This document shows, in pieces, positions 1-9,332 of a stretch of DNA of 64,000 bases (positions are counted from its first letter, which is position 1; the number at the start of each line of letters is the position of its first letter). The DNA lies in contig JBGPFC010000020.1 of assembly GCA_041483195.1 (NCBI GenBank), positions 1 to 64,000 of the forward strand. Direction: 5' to 3'. A program made the translations under genes and the position numbers. Source of the DNA: Candidatus Eiseniibacteriota bacterium (GTDB lineage Bacteria; Eisenbacteria; RBG-16-71-46). The notes below the pieces were generated by a model. It made no database searches. It was not told the DNA's origin and saw nothing but the letters and a program-made list of their open reading frames with translations.

Positions 1-1
1 G

Positions 2-220
2 ACGGGCTACCGCCAGGACTTCTCGTGGATCCGCGTGCCCGGCGCGCTCGCCGCGAACGGCGCGCCGTATCAGCGCCAGGGCGTGTCCCCGGTGCCCGGC
101 ATCTACTTCGTCGGATTGCACCGCATGTGGGAAGCCGGCAGCGGCACGCTGCTCGGCTGCGGCTGGGCGGCAACGAATGTCGCGGAGCACGTCGCCGCGC
201 GCGTGCGCGCGAGCGGCTGA
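2..220 (+). CDS. 3' end of flavin-containing monooxygenase / NAD(P)-FAD oxidoreductase (partial, runs off left edge)
   Basis: Frame from base 2 reads TGYRQDFSWIRVPG...GVSPVPGIYFVGL...GSGTLLG, typical of the C-terminal part of FMO-like proteins; stop at 218-220. Confidence 0.7.
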   Translation, partial: TGYRQDFSWIRVPGALAANGAPYQRQGVSPVPGIYFVGLHRMWEAGSGTLLGCGWAATNVAEHVAARVRASG

Positions 221-432
221 GTGGCGGGCGAACCCGCGATCGGCGCTGGGGCGGGGCGAGTTGCTGGCCGCGAGCCTTTCGATCCGAATCGCGCGGGGGT
301 GCCTCACGCGCGGTCCCTTCCACCCTCGCTTCCTGGAGCAGAGCGCGCGAAGAAGGAGGTTGCTTCTTGATATAGCAGGGCCGACTCTTAGTCTGTCATT
401 GGTCGGTCTACTGGAACTGACTGGAGGCCCCC

Positions 433-2643
433 GTGTTCGCAAGACCGTTGGTCATTGCCACGTCTCTGCTCCTGCTCTTGCGTATTTCCTCCGCTGCCGC
501 CGGCTCGTACGCCCAGGTTGGCACCAAGCTGATCGCCGCGGACCCGACGGGCGCCCCCAGCCAGGGGAACTCCGTCGCGTTGTCCTCGGACGGAAGCACC
601 GCCGTCGTGGGCGGACCTTCAGACAACGCTTCCATCGGAGCCATGTGGGCGTACACCCGCAGCGGAAGCGTGTGGAGCCAGCAGGGACCCAAGTTGGTCG
701 GCACAGGTGGGGGGACCGCTAACCAGGGAATCTCCATCGCGGTGTCCGCGGACGGGAACACCGCCATCGAGGGCGGATACTTGGGCGCGGGAGCCGCGTG
801 GGTGTTCACCCGGAGTAGTGGCGCGTGGAGCCAGCAGGGCGCCAAGCTGGTTGGGACGGGTGCGATCGGCTCCGCGAACCAGGGAAACTCCGTCGCGATG
901 TCCGCGGACGGGAACACCGCAATCGTGGGTGGGTCGGTGGACAACAGCAATGCGGGCGCCTTCTGGGTGTTCACCAGAACCGGCGGGGTGTGGACCCAGC
1001 AGGGCATCAAGCTGGTCGGCACGGGTGCGATCGGCCCGGCGCGCCAGGGGTGGTCCGTCTCGCTGTCCGCGGACGGGAACACCGCCGTCGTGGGCGGCAA
1101 GGAGGACAACGGTACGGTGGGGGCCGCGTGGGTGTTCACCCGCAGCGGTGGCGTCTGGAGCCAGCAGGGCGCGAAGCTGGTCGGCACAGGCTCGGTGGGC
1201 ACCGCTTTCGAGGGATACTCCGTCGCGGTATCCGCGGACGGGAACACCGCCGTCGTGGGTGGCAATTCGGACAACGGTGGGGTGGGGGCCGCGTGGGTGT
1301 TCACCCGCAGCGGCGGCGTATGGAGCCAGCAAGGTGCCAAGCTCGTCGGAACGGGCGCCGCGGGCCTCGCTTTCCAGGGAAGCTCCGTCGCGGTGTCCGC
1401 GGACGGAAACACCGCCGCCGTGGGCGGGGCTTTCGACAACAGCAGCGTGGGAGCCGAGTGGGTGTTCACCCGCAGCGGTGGCGTGTGGAGTCAGCGGGGC
1501 GCCAAGTTTGTCGGCACCGGTGCGGTGGGCATCTGTCGCCAGGGATTCTCCACCGCGATGACCGGAGACGGGAAGCTCGTCCTCGTGGGTGGGAATCTGG
1601 ACAACACCAACGTGGGAGCGGTCTGGACCTTCGTCGATGCATCCCCGACGATCGTGACCATTCACGATGTTCCCAACGATCAGGGTGGAAAAGTGAGCCT
1701 CCGCTGGACGGCGAGTCTCCTCGACAACACGCCCGGCAACCCGATCGAAGCGTACTGGATCTGGCGGCAGGTCCCGATTCACATGGCAATCGAGGCATTG
1801 GCCCACGACGCCTCGCACGTGAGGGAGGGGGCCGCCGAGGGCACCCTCTTCGGCCCGGCGTTCCGCTCGACGATCGAGTCCGCGCAGGTCTACTACTGGG
1901 AATTCGTCGGCAGTCAGGTTGCGCACGGTTTCCCCGCCTACAGCTACACCACGTCGACCTTTTCGGACTCCGTCCCGGGGTCCAACCCGTACACGCTCTT
2001 CATGGTGGAGACCGAGCGACTCTCGACAGGCGAGTACTGGTCTTCAGATCCGGACAGCGGATACTCGGTCGACAATCTCCCGCCCGGTCCGCCGGCGCCG
2101 GTCGCCGCGGTGTACTTGGTCGGAGCGACGCACCTCCACTGGGGTGTGAGTGTGGAATCGGACTTCGCGATGTATCGCCTCTACCGCGGCGGCTCGGCCG
2201 GCTTCGTTCCCGGCCCCGGCAATCTCGTGACGACCCAGCCCGACACCGGCTATGCGGATGTCGGCGCGGCCGGCAGCTACTACAAGCTCTCCGCCGTGGA
2301 CGCGCATGGCAACGAGAGCGTCTTCGCGCTGGTGACGCCCGGCATGACGACCGGAGTGAACGATGCGGGCTCGCTCGGATTCGCGCTCGAGGGCGTGCGT
2401 CCGAATCCCACGAATGCCAGCGGCCTCAACGTGGCGTTCGCACTGCCGACCGGAGCAACCGCACTGCTCGAGTTGCTGGACCTGAGCGGGCGGCGTGTGT
2501 TGTCACGCGAGGTCGGTTCGCTCGGCGCGGGGCGGCACACGGTGAATCTCGCCGAGGGCCGGAGGGTCGCTCCCGGCATTTACTGGGTGCGGCTCGCCCA
2601 GGGCGCGAATCGGAGTGGGACGCGGGTGGCAGTGATCGAGTAG
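433..2643 (+). CDS. Secreted FG-GAP-like beta-propeller protein with FN3-like region and C-terminal FlgD/T9SS-like sorting domain
   Basis: Signal peptide; tandem QGxSVAxSADGNTAxVGG...GAAWVFTRSGGVWSQQGAKLVG repeats; DVPNDQGG motif; C-terminal PNP...LLDLSGRRV...PGIYWVRL; GGAGG before GTG. Confidence 0.85.
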   Translation: MFARPLVIATSLLLLLRISSAAAGSYAQVGTKLIAADPTGAPSQGNSVALSSDGSTAVVGGPSDNASIGAMWAYTRSGSVWSQQGPKLVGTGGGTANQGISIAVSADGNTAIEGGYLGAGAAWVFTRSSGAWSQQGAKLVGTGAIGSANQGNSVAMSADGNTAIVGGSVDNSNAGAFWVFTRTGGVWTQQGIKLVGTGAIGPARQGWSVSLSADGNTAVVGGKEDNGTVGAAWVFTRSGGVWSQQGAKLVGTGSVGTAFEGYSVAVSADGNTAVVGGNSDNGGVGAAWVFTRSGGVWSQQGAKLVGTGAAGLAFQGSSVAVSADGNTAAVGGAFDNSSVGAEWVFTRSGGVWSQRGAKFVGTGAVGICRQGFSTAMTGDGKLVLVGGNLDNTNVGAVWTFVDASPTIVTIHDVPNDQGGKVSLRWTASLLDNTPGNPIEAYWIWRQVPIHMAIEALAHDASHVREGAAEGTLFGPAFRSTIESAQVYYWEFVGSQVAHGFPAYSYTTSTFSDSVPGSNPYTLFMVETERLSTGEYWSSDPDSGYSVDNLPPGPPAPVAAVYLVGATHLHWGVSVESDFAMYRLYRGGSAGFVPGPGNLVTTQPDTGYADVGAAGSYYKLSAVDAHGNESVFALVTPGMTTGVNDAGSLGFALEGVRPNPTNASGLNVAFALPTGATALLELLDLSGRRVLSREVGSLGAGRHTVNLAEGRRVAPGIYWVRLAQGANRSGTRVAVIE
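514..1632 (+). repeat. About six tandem coding repeats (~170-180 bp) encoding beta-propeller blades
   Basis: Recurrent tccgcggacgggaacaccgcc and gcgtgggtgttcacccgcagcgg...tggagccagcaggg units inside the 433-2643 CDS. Confidence 0.85.
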
Positions 2644-2705
2644 TTCGTTTCGCGGCAGCGGTTCGTGCCGGCGCCCCGGAGCACTCGATGCTTCGGGGCG
2701 CCGGC

Positions 2706-3437
2706 CTATCGGGGGGAGGAGTGCGGCTCCCGGGATCTCGCCGCGCGCAGGCGTTCGATCTTCTCCTCGGCGGCGAGCGTCGCGATCCCCACCATCGTGT
2801 CCAGCGATCGCCCCGACTCGTTGATGACCATGTCGTAGGCGAGTGGATCGCCGACGGACCGGTGGAACAGCCGGCGCACGAACTTCTCGCGCTCCTTGTC
2901 GACGCTCTCGATCTCCCGGGCGGCCTCGTCGGTCGAGACGTTGCCCCTGCGCATCAGGTGACTCACCCGCTCTCCGAGCGGAGCGACCACGCGCAGGTGG
3001 ACGCCTGCCTCCGGGCCGATGATGAAGTTGGCGCCCCGCCCGACGACCACCACTCCCCCGAGACGGGCGATCGAGTAGAGGGTCTTGAACAGCCCCGCGA
3101 TGTAGTCGCTCTCATCGAGGTGCTTGCCCGAGAAGATGGACGCGAACCAGTTGGTGAGCTGCGAGCGCGAGTGCTCGTCGAGCGCTTCGAGCAGGCGCCG
3201 CGTGTGCCCCGTCGACTCGCTCAGCCGGTCGATCACGGCGCGGTGGAGCAGCGTGTATCCGAACCGCTCGGCAAGGCACGCCGCCAGGTCACGGCCGCGG
3301 CTGCCGTGCTCGCGCGAGATCGTGATGATGGGCTGAGCGACCGTCGTCGGCTCGGCCGCGACCACCGTCAGGGCCCGGCGGTTGAACTCCCATTGCCGAA
3401 GCTGCCGGTCGATGATCATCTCGATCGATCGCTGCAT
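2706..3437 (-). CDS. Cytidylate kinase-like family protein (Cytidylate_kin2)
   Basis: IITISREHGSRG P-loop-like motif, VVVGRGA, YDMVIN; starts 3 bp after the pckA stop. Confidence 0.85.
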   Translation of the reverse strand: MQRSIEMIIDRQLRQWEFNRRALTVVAAEPTTVAQPIITISREHGSRGRDLAACLAERFGYTLLHRAVIDRLSESTGHTRRLLEALDEHSRSQLTNWFASIFSGKHLDESDYIAGLFKTLYSIARLGGVVVVGRGANFIIGPEAGVHLRVVAPLGERVSHLMRRGNVSTDEAAREIESVDKEREKFVRRLFHRSVGDPLAYDMVINESGRSLDTMVGIATLAAEEKIERLRAARSREPHSSPR

Positions 3438-3440
3438 GGA

Positions 3441-5111
3441 TCACCTCGCCAGCGCCGCGGGCTCCCCGGCATCGGGCCGGGGTCCGGCCGCGATCACCTC
3501 GGGCGAGCATCCCTCCTCGAACTTCCTGAAGTTCGAGACGAAGCGCCCCGCGAGCTGACGGTAGCGCTCGAGCCACGCCCTGGGGTCCGGCCAGCACTCC
3601 GCAGGGTTGAGAACGCTCGCCGGCACGTCGGGACACTCGGTCGGGATCTGGTATCCGAAGATCGGGTCGGTGCGATAGCCGACATCGAGCAGCTTTCCGC
3701 TCAACGCCGCGCGCAGCAGCGCGCGGGTGTGGTGGATGCTGATGCGCTTGCCGACTCCATAGGGTCCGCCCACCCAGCCGGTGTTGACCAGCCAGCAGTG
3801 CACGTCGTAGCGCAGGATCTTGCGCTTGAGAAGCTCGGCGTAGACGGACGGGTGATGCATCATGAACGGGCCGCCGAAACAGGCGCTGAATGTGATCTCC
3901 GGCTCAGCGCCCAATCCCGCCTCGGTGCCGGCCAGCTTCGAGGTGTATCCCGAGATGAACTGGTAGAGGGCCTGATCGGGGGTGAGCTTCGCGATCGGGG
4001 GCATGACGCCGTTCGCGTCGCACGTCAGCAGGATGATGTTCTTCGGCTGACCGCCCAGCCCATCCGGCGCGGCGTTCTCGATGAACTCGAGCGGATAGGA
4101 GGCGCGGGTGTTCTCGGTGACGGATTCGTCGTCGAGGTCGGCGGCCCGCGTGACGGGATCGAGGGTGACGTTCTCGAGGATGGTGCCGAAGCGGCGGGTG
4201 CACGCGTAGATCTGCGGCTCCGCCGACGGTGACAGGCGGATCACCTTGGCGTAGCAACCGCCCTCGAAGTTGAAGACGCCCCGGTCGCTCCACCCATGCT
4301 CGTCGTCGCCGATCAGCGCGCGGCCCGGATCGGCCGAGAGCGTCGTCTTGCCCGTGCCGGAGAGCCCGAAGAACACCGCCACGTCGCCATCGGGGCCGAT
4401 GTTCGCAGAGCAGTGCATCGGCATGACGCCCTGCAGCGGCAGCAGGTAGTTGAGCACGGTGAAGATCGACTTCTTGATCTCTCCGGCGTATGCGGTGTTT
4501 CCGATCAGGCACAGCCGCCGTGCCAGGTCGAGGACGATGAACGTGTTGGTCGCGGTGCCGTCGATGTTGGGAATGCCCTTGAACCCGGGGGCGGCGATCA
4601 CGGTGAACTCGGGCACGTGGCGACGGAACGACTCGGAGGTGCGCGGCCGGATGAACATGTTGCCAGCGAACAGGCTGTGCCATGCGTGCTCGGTGACGAT
4701 GCGGATCGGCAGCCGGAACTCGGGGTCGGCGCCGGCATAGCAGTCCTGCACGAACAGGTCGTGACCCTGCAGGTAGCCCTGCAGGCGGCTGAACAGCTCC
4801 TCGAATTTGTCGGAGCTGAACGGCCGGTTGTACTGCCCCCACCACACGTGTCGTTCGGAGTCGGGCTCGCGAACGATGAACTTGTCGCTGGCCGAGCGGC
4901 CGGTGTGCTTGCCGGTCATGGCCACGACCGCCCCGCCCTGCGACACGCGGCCCTCCCTGCGGAAGGCGATCTCCTCGTAGAGCGCGGGCGCCGCGAGATT
5001 CCAGTAGACGGCCCCCGGATTCGCGAGGCCGTGCTGCTCGAGACCATAGTCGGAACGGAGCGCCGCGGCCTCACCGAGCGCCGGCGTCTTGACCCCAAGG
5101 AAGTTGATCAT
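3441..5111 (-). CDS. pckA: Phosphoenolpyruvate carboxykinase (ATP)
   Basis: TGRSASDK, YAGEIKK, MHCSAN, GLSGTGKTT, IGDDEHGW, NFEGGCYAK, ENTR motifs; start at 5111 overlaps the upstream stop (ATGA). Confidence 0.95.
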   Translation of the reverse strand: MINFLGVKTPALGEAAALRSDYGLEQHGLANPGAVYWNLAAPALYEEIAFRREGRVSQGGAVVAMTGKHTGRSASDKFIVREPDSERHVWWGQYNRPFSSDKFEELFSRLQGYLQGHDLFVQDCYAGADPEFRLPIRIVTEHAWHSLFAGNMFIRPRTSESFRRHVPEFTVIAAPGFKGIPNIDGTATNTFIVLDLARRLCLIGNTAYAGEIKKSIFTVLNYLLPLQGVMPMHCSANIGPDGDVAVFFGLSGTGKTTLSADPGRALIGDDEHGWSDRGVFNFEGGCYAKVIRLSPSAEPQIYACTRRFGTILENVTLDPVTRAADLDDESVTENTRASYPLEFIENAAPDGLGGQPKNIILLTCDANGVMPPIAKLTPDQALYQFISGYTSKLAGTEAGLGAEPEITFSACFGGPFMMHHPSVYAELLKRKILRYDVHCWLVNTGWVGGPYGVGKRISIHHTRALLRAALSGKLLDVGYRTDPIFGYQIPTECPDVPASVLNPAECWPDPRAWLERYRQLAGRFVSNFRKFEEGCSPEVIAAGPRPDAGEPAALAR

Positions 5112-6325
5112 GACCAGGTCCTCACGCATTTCCGGTCGCCGATGTAGATCTCGCTCGGCGCGGTCGAGTCCATCGCCCAGCGCATGCGCGCGACGCCTTC
5201 TGTGATGTCCTTGATCGTGCCCGCGAAGCTCAGCCTGAGATGTCCTTCCATGCCGAACTCCTTGCCCGGCACCGTGACGACCAGCGCCTTGCGGAGGAGG
5301 GACTTCGAGAGCTCGACCGAGTCGCGGCTGTACGCGCTGAAATCCGGGAAGCAGTAGAAGGTGCCGTCCGGCCGCGTGACCCGGACCCCGGGGAACGACT
5401 TGAGCTCCTGCATCATCACGTCGCGATTGTTCTGGATCGTCAGCCGCAGGCTCTCGACGCTGCTCTGCAATCCATTGAGCGCCCCCTCGGCGCCGGCCTG
5501 CAGCACGATCGAGCTGCACGATGTCGTCTGGGCCTGGATGTTGGTCATCACCTCGACCAGCCTGCGACTCGCGATCGCCCAGCCGATGCGGAAGCCGGTC
5601 ATCCCGTAGAGCTTCGAGACCCCGTTCACGACGATCAGCGTGCCGGAGTCGAGATCGCGGCGGGCGAAGGCGTATGGCGAAACGGCATGCCGGCCGTCGA
5701 ACACGAGCTTGTGATAGATGTCGTCCATGATCAGGTAGAGACCGCGACGCTCGCACAGCTCGACCAGATCGCGGATGAACTCCTCCGGATAGAGCACGCC
5801 CGATGGGTTGTTCGGGCTGTTGCAGATCACCGCCTTGGTGGCCGGCCCCAGCGCGCGCTCGATGTCCCGGATCCGCGGCTGGCAGGTCCCGTCCTCGGGC
5901 GTGACCACGACCGGGACGCCGTAGACCATGCGCACCATCTCGGGGTAGCTCACCCAGTAGGGCGCGAGCACGATGACCTCGTCCTGCGGATTGAGCAGCG
6001 CGTAGAGGACGTTGTAGAGCGACTGCTTGGCTCCCGAAGAGACGATCACGTTCTCAGGGGCGGCGACCTTGTCGTAGTTCTCCTCCGTGTAGCGCAGGAT
6101 CGCCTGCTTGAGCGAGGGGATGCCGTCGGTCGGCGAGTACTTGACGTCCCCCTGCGTGAGTCGCACGGCCGAGCTCAGGACCGCGCCGATCGGCGTCTTG
6201 TTCTTGGGCTCGCCGATGCCGAGATGAATGACCGCTTCTCCCTTCTCTCGCAGGATGCGGGCTTCCTCGTTCAGCTTGAGCGTTGGCGACTCGGGGATGG
6301 ATGAAGCGAGCTGACTGATGGCCAT
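5108..6325 (-). CDS. aspC: PLP-dependent class I/II aminotransferase (aspartate aminotransferase)
   Basis: GIGEP, SSGAKQ, PYWVSY, NSPNNPSG, DDIY, SKLYGMTGFRIG (PLP lysine), LRLSFA; GGAGG upstream of ATG 6325. Confidence 0.88.
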   Translation of the reverse strand: MAISQLASSIPESPTLKLNEEARILREKGEAVIHLGIGEPKNKTPIGAVLSSAVRLTQGDVKYSPTDGIPSLKQAILRYTEENYDKVAAPENVIVSSGAKQSLYNVLYALLNPQDEVIVLAPYWVSYPEMVRMVYGVPVVVTPEDGTCQPRIRDIERALGPATKAVICNSPNNPSGVLYPEEFIRDLVELCERRGLYLIMDDIYHKLVFDGRHAVSPYAFARRDLDSGTLIVVNGVSKLYGMTGFRIGWAIASRRLVEVMTNIQAQTTSCSSIVLQAGAEGALNGLQSSVESLRLTIQNNRDVMMQELKSFPGVRVTRPDGTFYCFPDFSAYSRDSVELSKSLLRKALVVTVPGKEFGMEGHLRLSFAGTIKDITEGVARMRWAMDSTAPSEIYIGDRKCVRTWS

Positions 6326-6687
6326 GGCAGCGCACCTCCGACGTGGATGACGTTTCGCGGATCTTCGTGCATAGCTCGCGCCGTCAACGTGCCGCGGCCG
6401 GGGTCGGGCCGCGGACGGTCCAACTCCTGCGCTCCTCGCCAGATGGGACCGCGGCGCGGCGCCCGGCCCGATCGGGCCCCATTCAACCCGGGGCCCGCTG
6501 CCTGCCAAAAGAACAGGACGGTGACAGACGAGCAGGCGCGCGCGCTCCGCTCGCGGGCCGTCCCGACCCGGGCCCGGGCCCCCCCGCCCCCCCTCCGCGC
6601 CGCTGCTTCCAGCGACTTATGCGCCCGCGGCGATGTTCTGCGGCCGGCGCAGGCTGCTGGCTCACCTCATGCGTGTTGGGCCTGTCG

Positions 6688-8058
6688 ATGGCTACGAAAC
6701 CGCGCATCATCATCATGGGCGCCGCCGGGCGCGACTTTCACAATTTCAACGTCTGGTGGAAGCGCCAGCCCGATCTCGAGGTGGTCTGCTTCACCGCGGC
6801 GCAGATCCCCGGCATCGACGGTCGCGCCTATCCCGCGGCGCTCGCGGGTCCGCGCTATCCGCGCGGAATCCCGATCTACCCGGAGGCTCGACTCGAGGAG
6901 CTGATCCGCGAGCTGAAGGCGGACCAGGTCACCTTCGCCTACTCCGACGTCTCGTACGAGCACGTGATGCACGAGGCCGCGCGCGTGAACGCGGCGGGTG
7001 CCGAGTTCCGCCTGCTGGGCGCAGCTCAGACCATGCTGCCGAGCGTGCGGCCGGTCGTCGCGATCGGCGCCGTGCGCACCGGGTGCGGGAAGAGCCAGAC
7101 CTCGCGCCGGGTCAGCTCGATCCTCAAGGGAATGGGGCTTCGCATCGCCGTCATCCGCCACCCGATGCCCTACGGCGACCTGGAGCGGCAGGCCTGCCAG
7201 CGCTTCGCGAGCGCCGCGGACATGGACGCGCATGACTGCACCATCGAGGAGCGCGAGGAGTACGAGCCGCACATCGACGCCGGGAACCTGGTGTTCGCCG
7301 GCGTGGATTACGAGCAGATCCTCGCCCGCGCCGAGACCGAGGCCGACGTGATCGTGTGGGACGGCGGGAACAACGATCTGCCGTTCCTGCGCCCCGACCT
7401 CAACATCGTGGTGACCGATCCGCACCGGCCCGGCCACGAGCTGCGCTACTACCCGGGCGAGACCAACCTGCGCATGGCCGACGTCGCGATCGTGAACAAG
7501 GTGGACTCCGCAGAGGCCGCGAACGTCGCCATCGTCGAGGCCAACATTCGCGCCGTCAACCCGCGCGCCGTCGTGTTGCGCGCCTCCTCCCCGGTGACGG
7601 TGCGCGATCCGGAATTGGTGCGCGGCAAACGGGTGCTGGTGGTCGAGGACGGACCCACCCTCACGCACGGCGGGATGCGGTACGGCGCCGGCGTGGTGGC
7701 CGCGCGCGCCGGCGGCGCCGCGGAGATCGTGGACCCCCGGCCGTACGCCCGCGGGTCCATCCGCGCGGTGTTCGAGGCTTACCCCGATCTCACGCAGGCG
7801 CTGCCGGCGATGGGGTACGGCCCGGTGCAGATCGCGGAGCTGGCCGAGACCATCGCGGCCGTGCCGTGCGACGCCGTGATGATCGCCACGCCGATCGACC
7901 TCGGCCGCGTCGTGAAGCTGGACCGGCCATCGACCCGGGTGACGTACGAGCTGGAAGAGCACGATCGCGCAGTCCTGCCGCGGCTGATCGCCGAGGCCGT
8001 CGCGCGGCGGCGAGCGACATCCGCGGTTCCCCGGGAGGCGAGCCATGCGGCCCGATGA
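6688..8058 (+). CDS. arcE: Arginine synthetase-like ATPase (cyclic 2,3-diphosphoglycerate synthetase / putative GTPase family)
   Basis: MGAAGRDFHNFN, AVRTGCGKSQT P-loop, RHPMPYG, TIEEREEYEPH, WDGGNND, VEDGPTLTHG, LPAMGY; in operon with rocD and argF. Confidence 0.7.
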   Translation: MATKPRIIIMGAAGRDFHNFNVWWKRQPDLEVVCFTAAQIPGIDGRAYPAALAGPRYPRGIPIYPEARLEELIRELKADQVTFAYSDVSYEHVMHEAARVNAAGAEFRLLGAAQTMLPSVRPVVAIGAVRTGCGKSQTSRRVSSILKGMGLRIAVIRHPMPYGDLERQACQRFASAADMDAHDCTIEEREEYEPHIDAGNLVFAGVDYEQILARAETEADVIVWDGGNNDLPFLRPDLNIVVTDPHRPGHELRYYPGETNLRMADVAIVNKVDSAEAANVAIVEANIRAVNPRAVVLRASSPVTVRDPELVRGKRVLVVEDGPTLTHGGMRYGAGVVAARAGGAAEIVDPRPYARGSIRAVFEAYPDLTQALPAMGYGPVQIAELAETIAAVPCDAVMIATPIDLGRVVKLDRPSTRVTYELEEHDRAVLPRLIAEAVARRRATSAVPREASHAAR

Positions 8059-9283
8059 AGCGCCGGACGCCGACGCGGCGGTCCTGAGCGAGAGTCATCA
8101 CCACCTCGAGCTGGTCGAGCGTTACAGCGCGCACAATTACGCGCCGCTGCCCGTGGTCATCGTCCGCGGCCGCGGCGCGTGGGTCGAGGACTTCGCGGGC
8201 CGGGAGTATCTGGACTGTCTGAGCGCATACTCGGCGCTCAACTTCGGGCACTCGCACATCGCGATCGTGTCGGCCCTGGTGGAGCAGGCCAAGACACTCG
8301 CGCTCACCTCGCGGGCTTTCCAGAACGACGAGTTCGGACCGTTCTGCGAGGAGATCACCCACCTGTGCGGCCAGGACATGGTGCTGCCGATGAACACCGG
8401 CGCCGAGGCGGTGGAGACGGCGCTCAAGACCGCGCGGAAGTGGGGCTACAAGGTGAAGGGGGTCGAGGCCGACCGCGCCGAGATCATCGCATGCACCGGG
8501 AACTTCCACGGGCGCACGATCAGCATCGTCAGCTTCTCCGACCACCCGCAGTACCGCGATGGCTTCGGTCCCCTCACGCCCGGCTTCCGGCTGGTGCCGT
8601 TCGGCGACGCCGCAGCGCTGGAAGCCGCGATCACTCCGAACACCGTCGGATTCCTGGTGGAGCCGATCCAGGGCGAAGGCGGCGTCGTGGTGCCCCCGGA
8701 TGGATATCTGCGCGCGACGCGCGAGATCTGCCGGCAGCGGCGGGTCCTGTTCATGGCCGACGAGATCCAGACCGGCCTCGGGCGCACCGGGCGGCTGTTC
8801 GCGTGCGACCACGAAGGCGTGAAGCCCGACGTCCTGATCCTCGGCAAGGCGCTCGGCGGCGGAGTGCTGCCGATCTCGGCGGTGCTCGCATCGCGCGAGA
8901 TCCTCGGGGTGTTCGAGCCCGGCGATCACGGCAGCACGTTCGGCGGGAACCCGCTCGCATGCGCCGTGGCGCGCGCCGCCATGCGGCTGCTCGTGCGGGA
9001 GCATCTCGCCGAGCGCGCGGCGCAACTCGGCGATTCCTTCCTGCGCCGCCTGCGGGAGATGCCGTCGCGGGTGGTGCAGGAGGTGCGCGGTCGCGGCCTG
9101 CTCATCGGCATCGTGCTGCGGCGCGAGGCCGGACCGGCCCGCGAGTTCGCGGAGCGACTCAGGGAGGAAGGCGTGCTGTGCAAGGACACGGTGGAAAACG
9201 TGCTGCGCATCGCGCCGCCTCTGGTCATCACGGAATCGGATCTCGACTGGGCCTACGAGCGGCTCGCCCGCGTGCTGCGTTGA
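8045..9283 (+). CDS. rocD: Ornithine--oxo-acid transaminase
   Basis: AHNYAPL, DCLSAYSALNFGH, LTSRAF, PMNTGAEAVE, NFHGRT, EPIQGEGG, DEIQTGLGRTG, LGKALGGG, HGSTFGGNP. Confidence 0.93.
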   Translation: MRPDEAPDADAAVLSESHHHLELVERYSAHNYAPLPVVIVRGRGAWVEDFAGREYLDCLSAYSALNFGHSHIAIVSALVEQAKTLALTSRAFQNDEFGPFCEEITHLCGQDMVLPMNTGAEAVETALKTARKWGYKVKGVEADRAEIIACTGNFHGRTISIVSFSDHPQYRDGFGPLTPGFRLVPFGDAAALEAAITPNTVGFLVEPIQGEGGVVVPPDGYLRATREICRQRRVLFMADEIQTGLGRTGRLFACDHEGVKPDVLILGKALGGGVLPISAVLASREILGVFEPGDHGSTFGGNPLACAVARAAMRLLVREHLAERAAQLGDSFLRRLREMPSRVVQEVRGRGLLIGIVLRREAGPAREFAERLREEGVLCKDTVENVLRIAPPLVITESDLDWAYERLARVLR

Positions 9284-9332
9284 GCGGGCGCGTCACCGGG
9301 CCGGCACCGTGCGCCGCGGTGGAGCGGAAGCC

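Noticed and set aside
514..1632. Regularly spaced repeats as a possible CRISPR array
   Set aside because: Units are ~170-180 bp, in frame, vary at third codon positions and encode propeller blades; no unique spacers or cas genes.
825..4232. Very long alternative-frame ORFs (also 39102-44834, 23233-25779, 61423-63918)
   Set aside because: Arg/Gly/Ala-rich shadow frames of real genes, expected at this GC content; no motifs.
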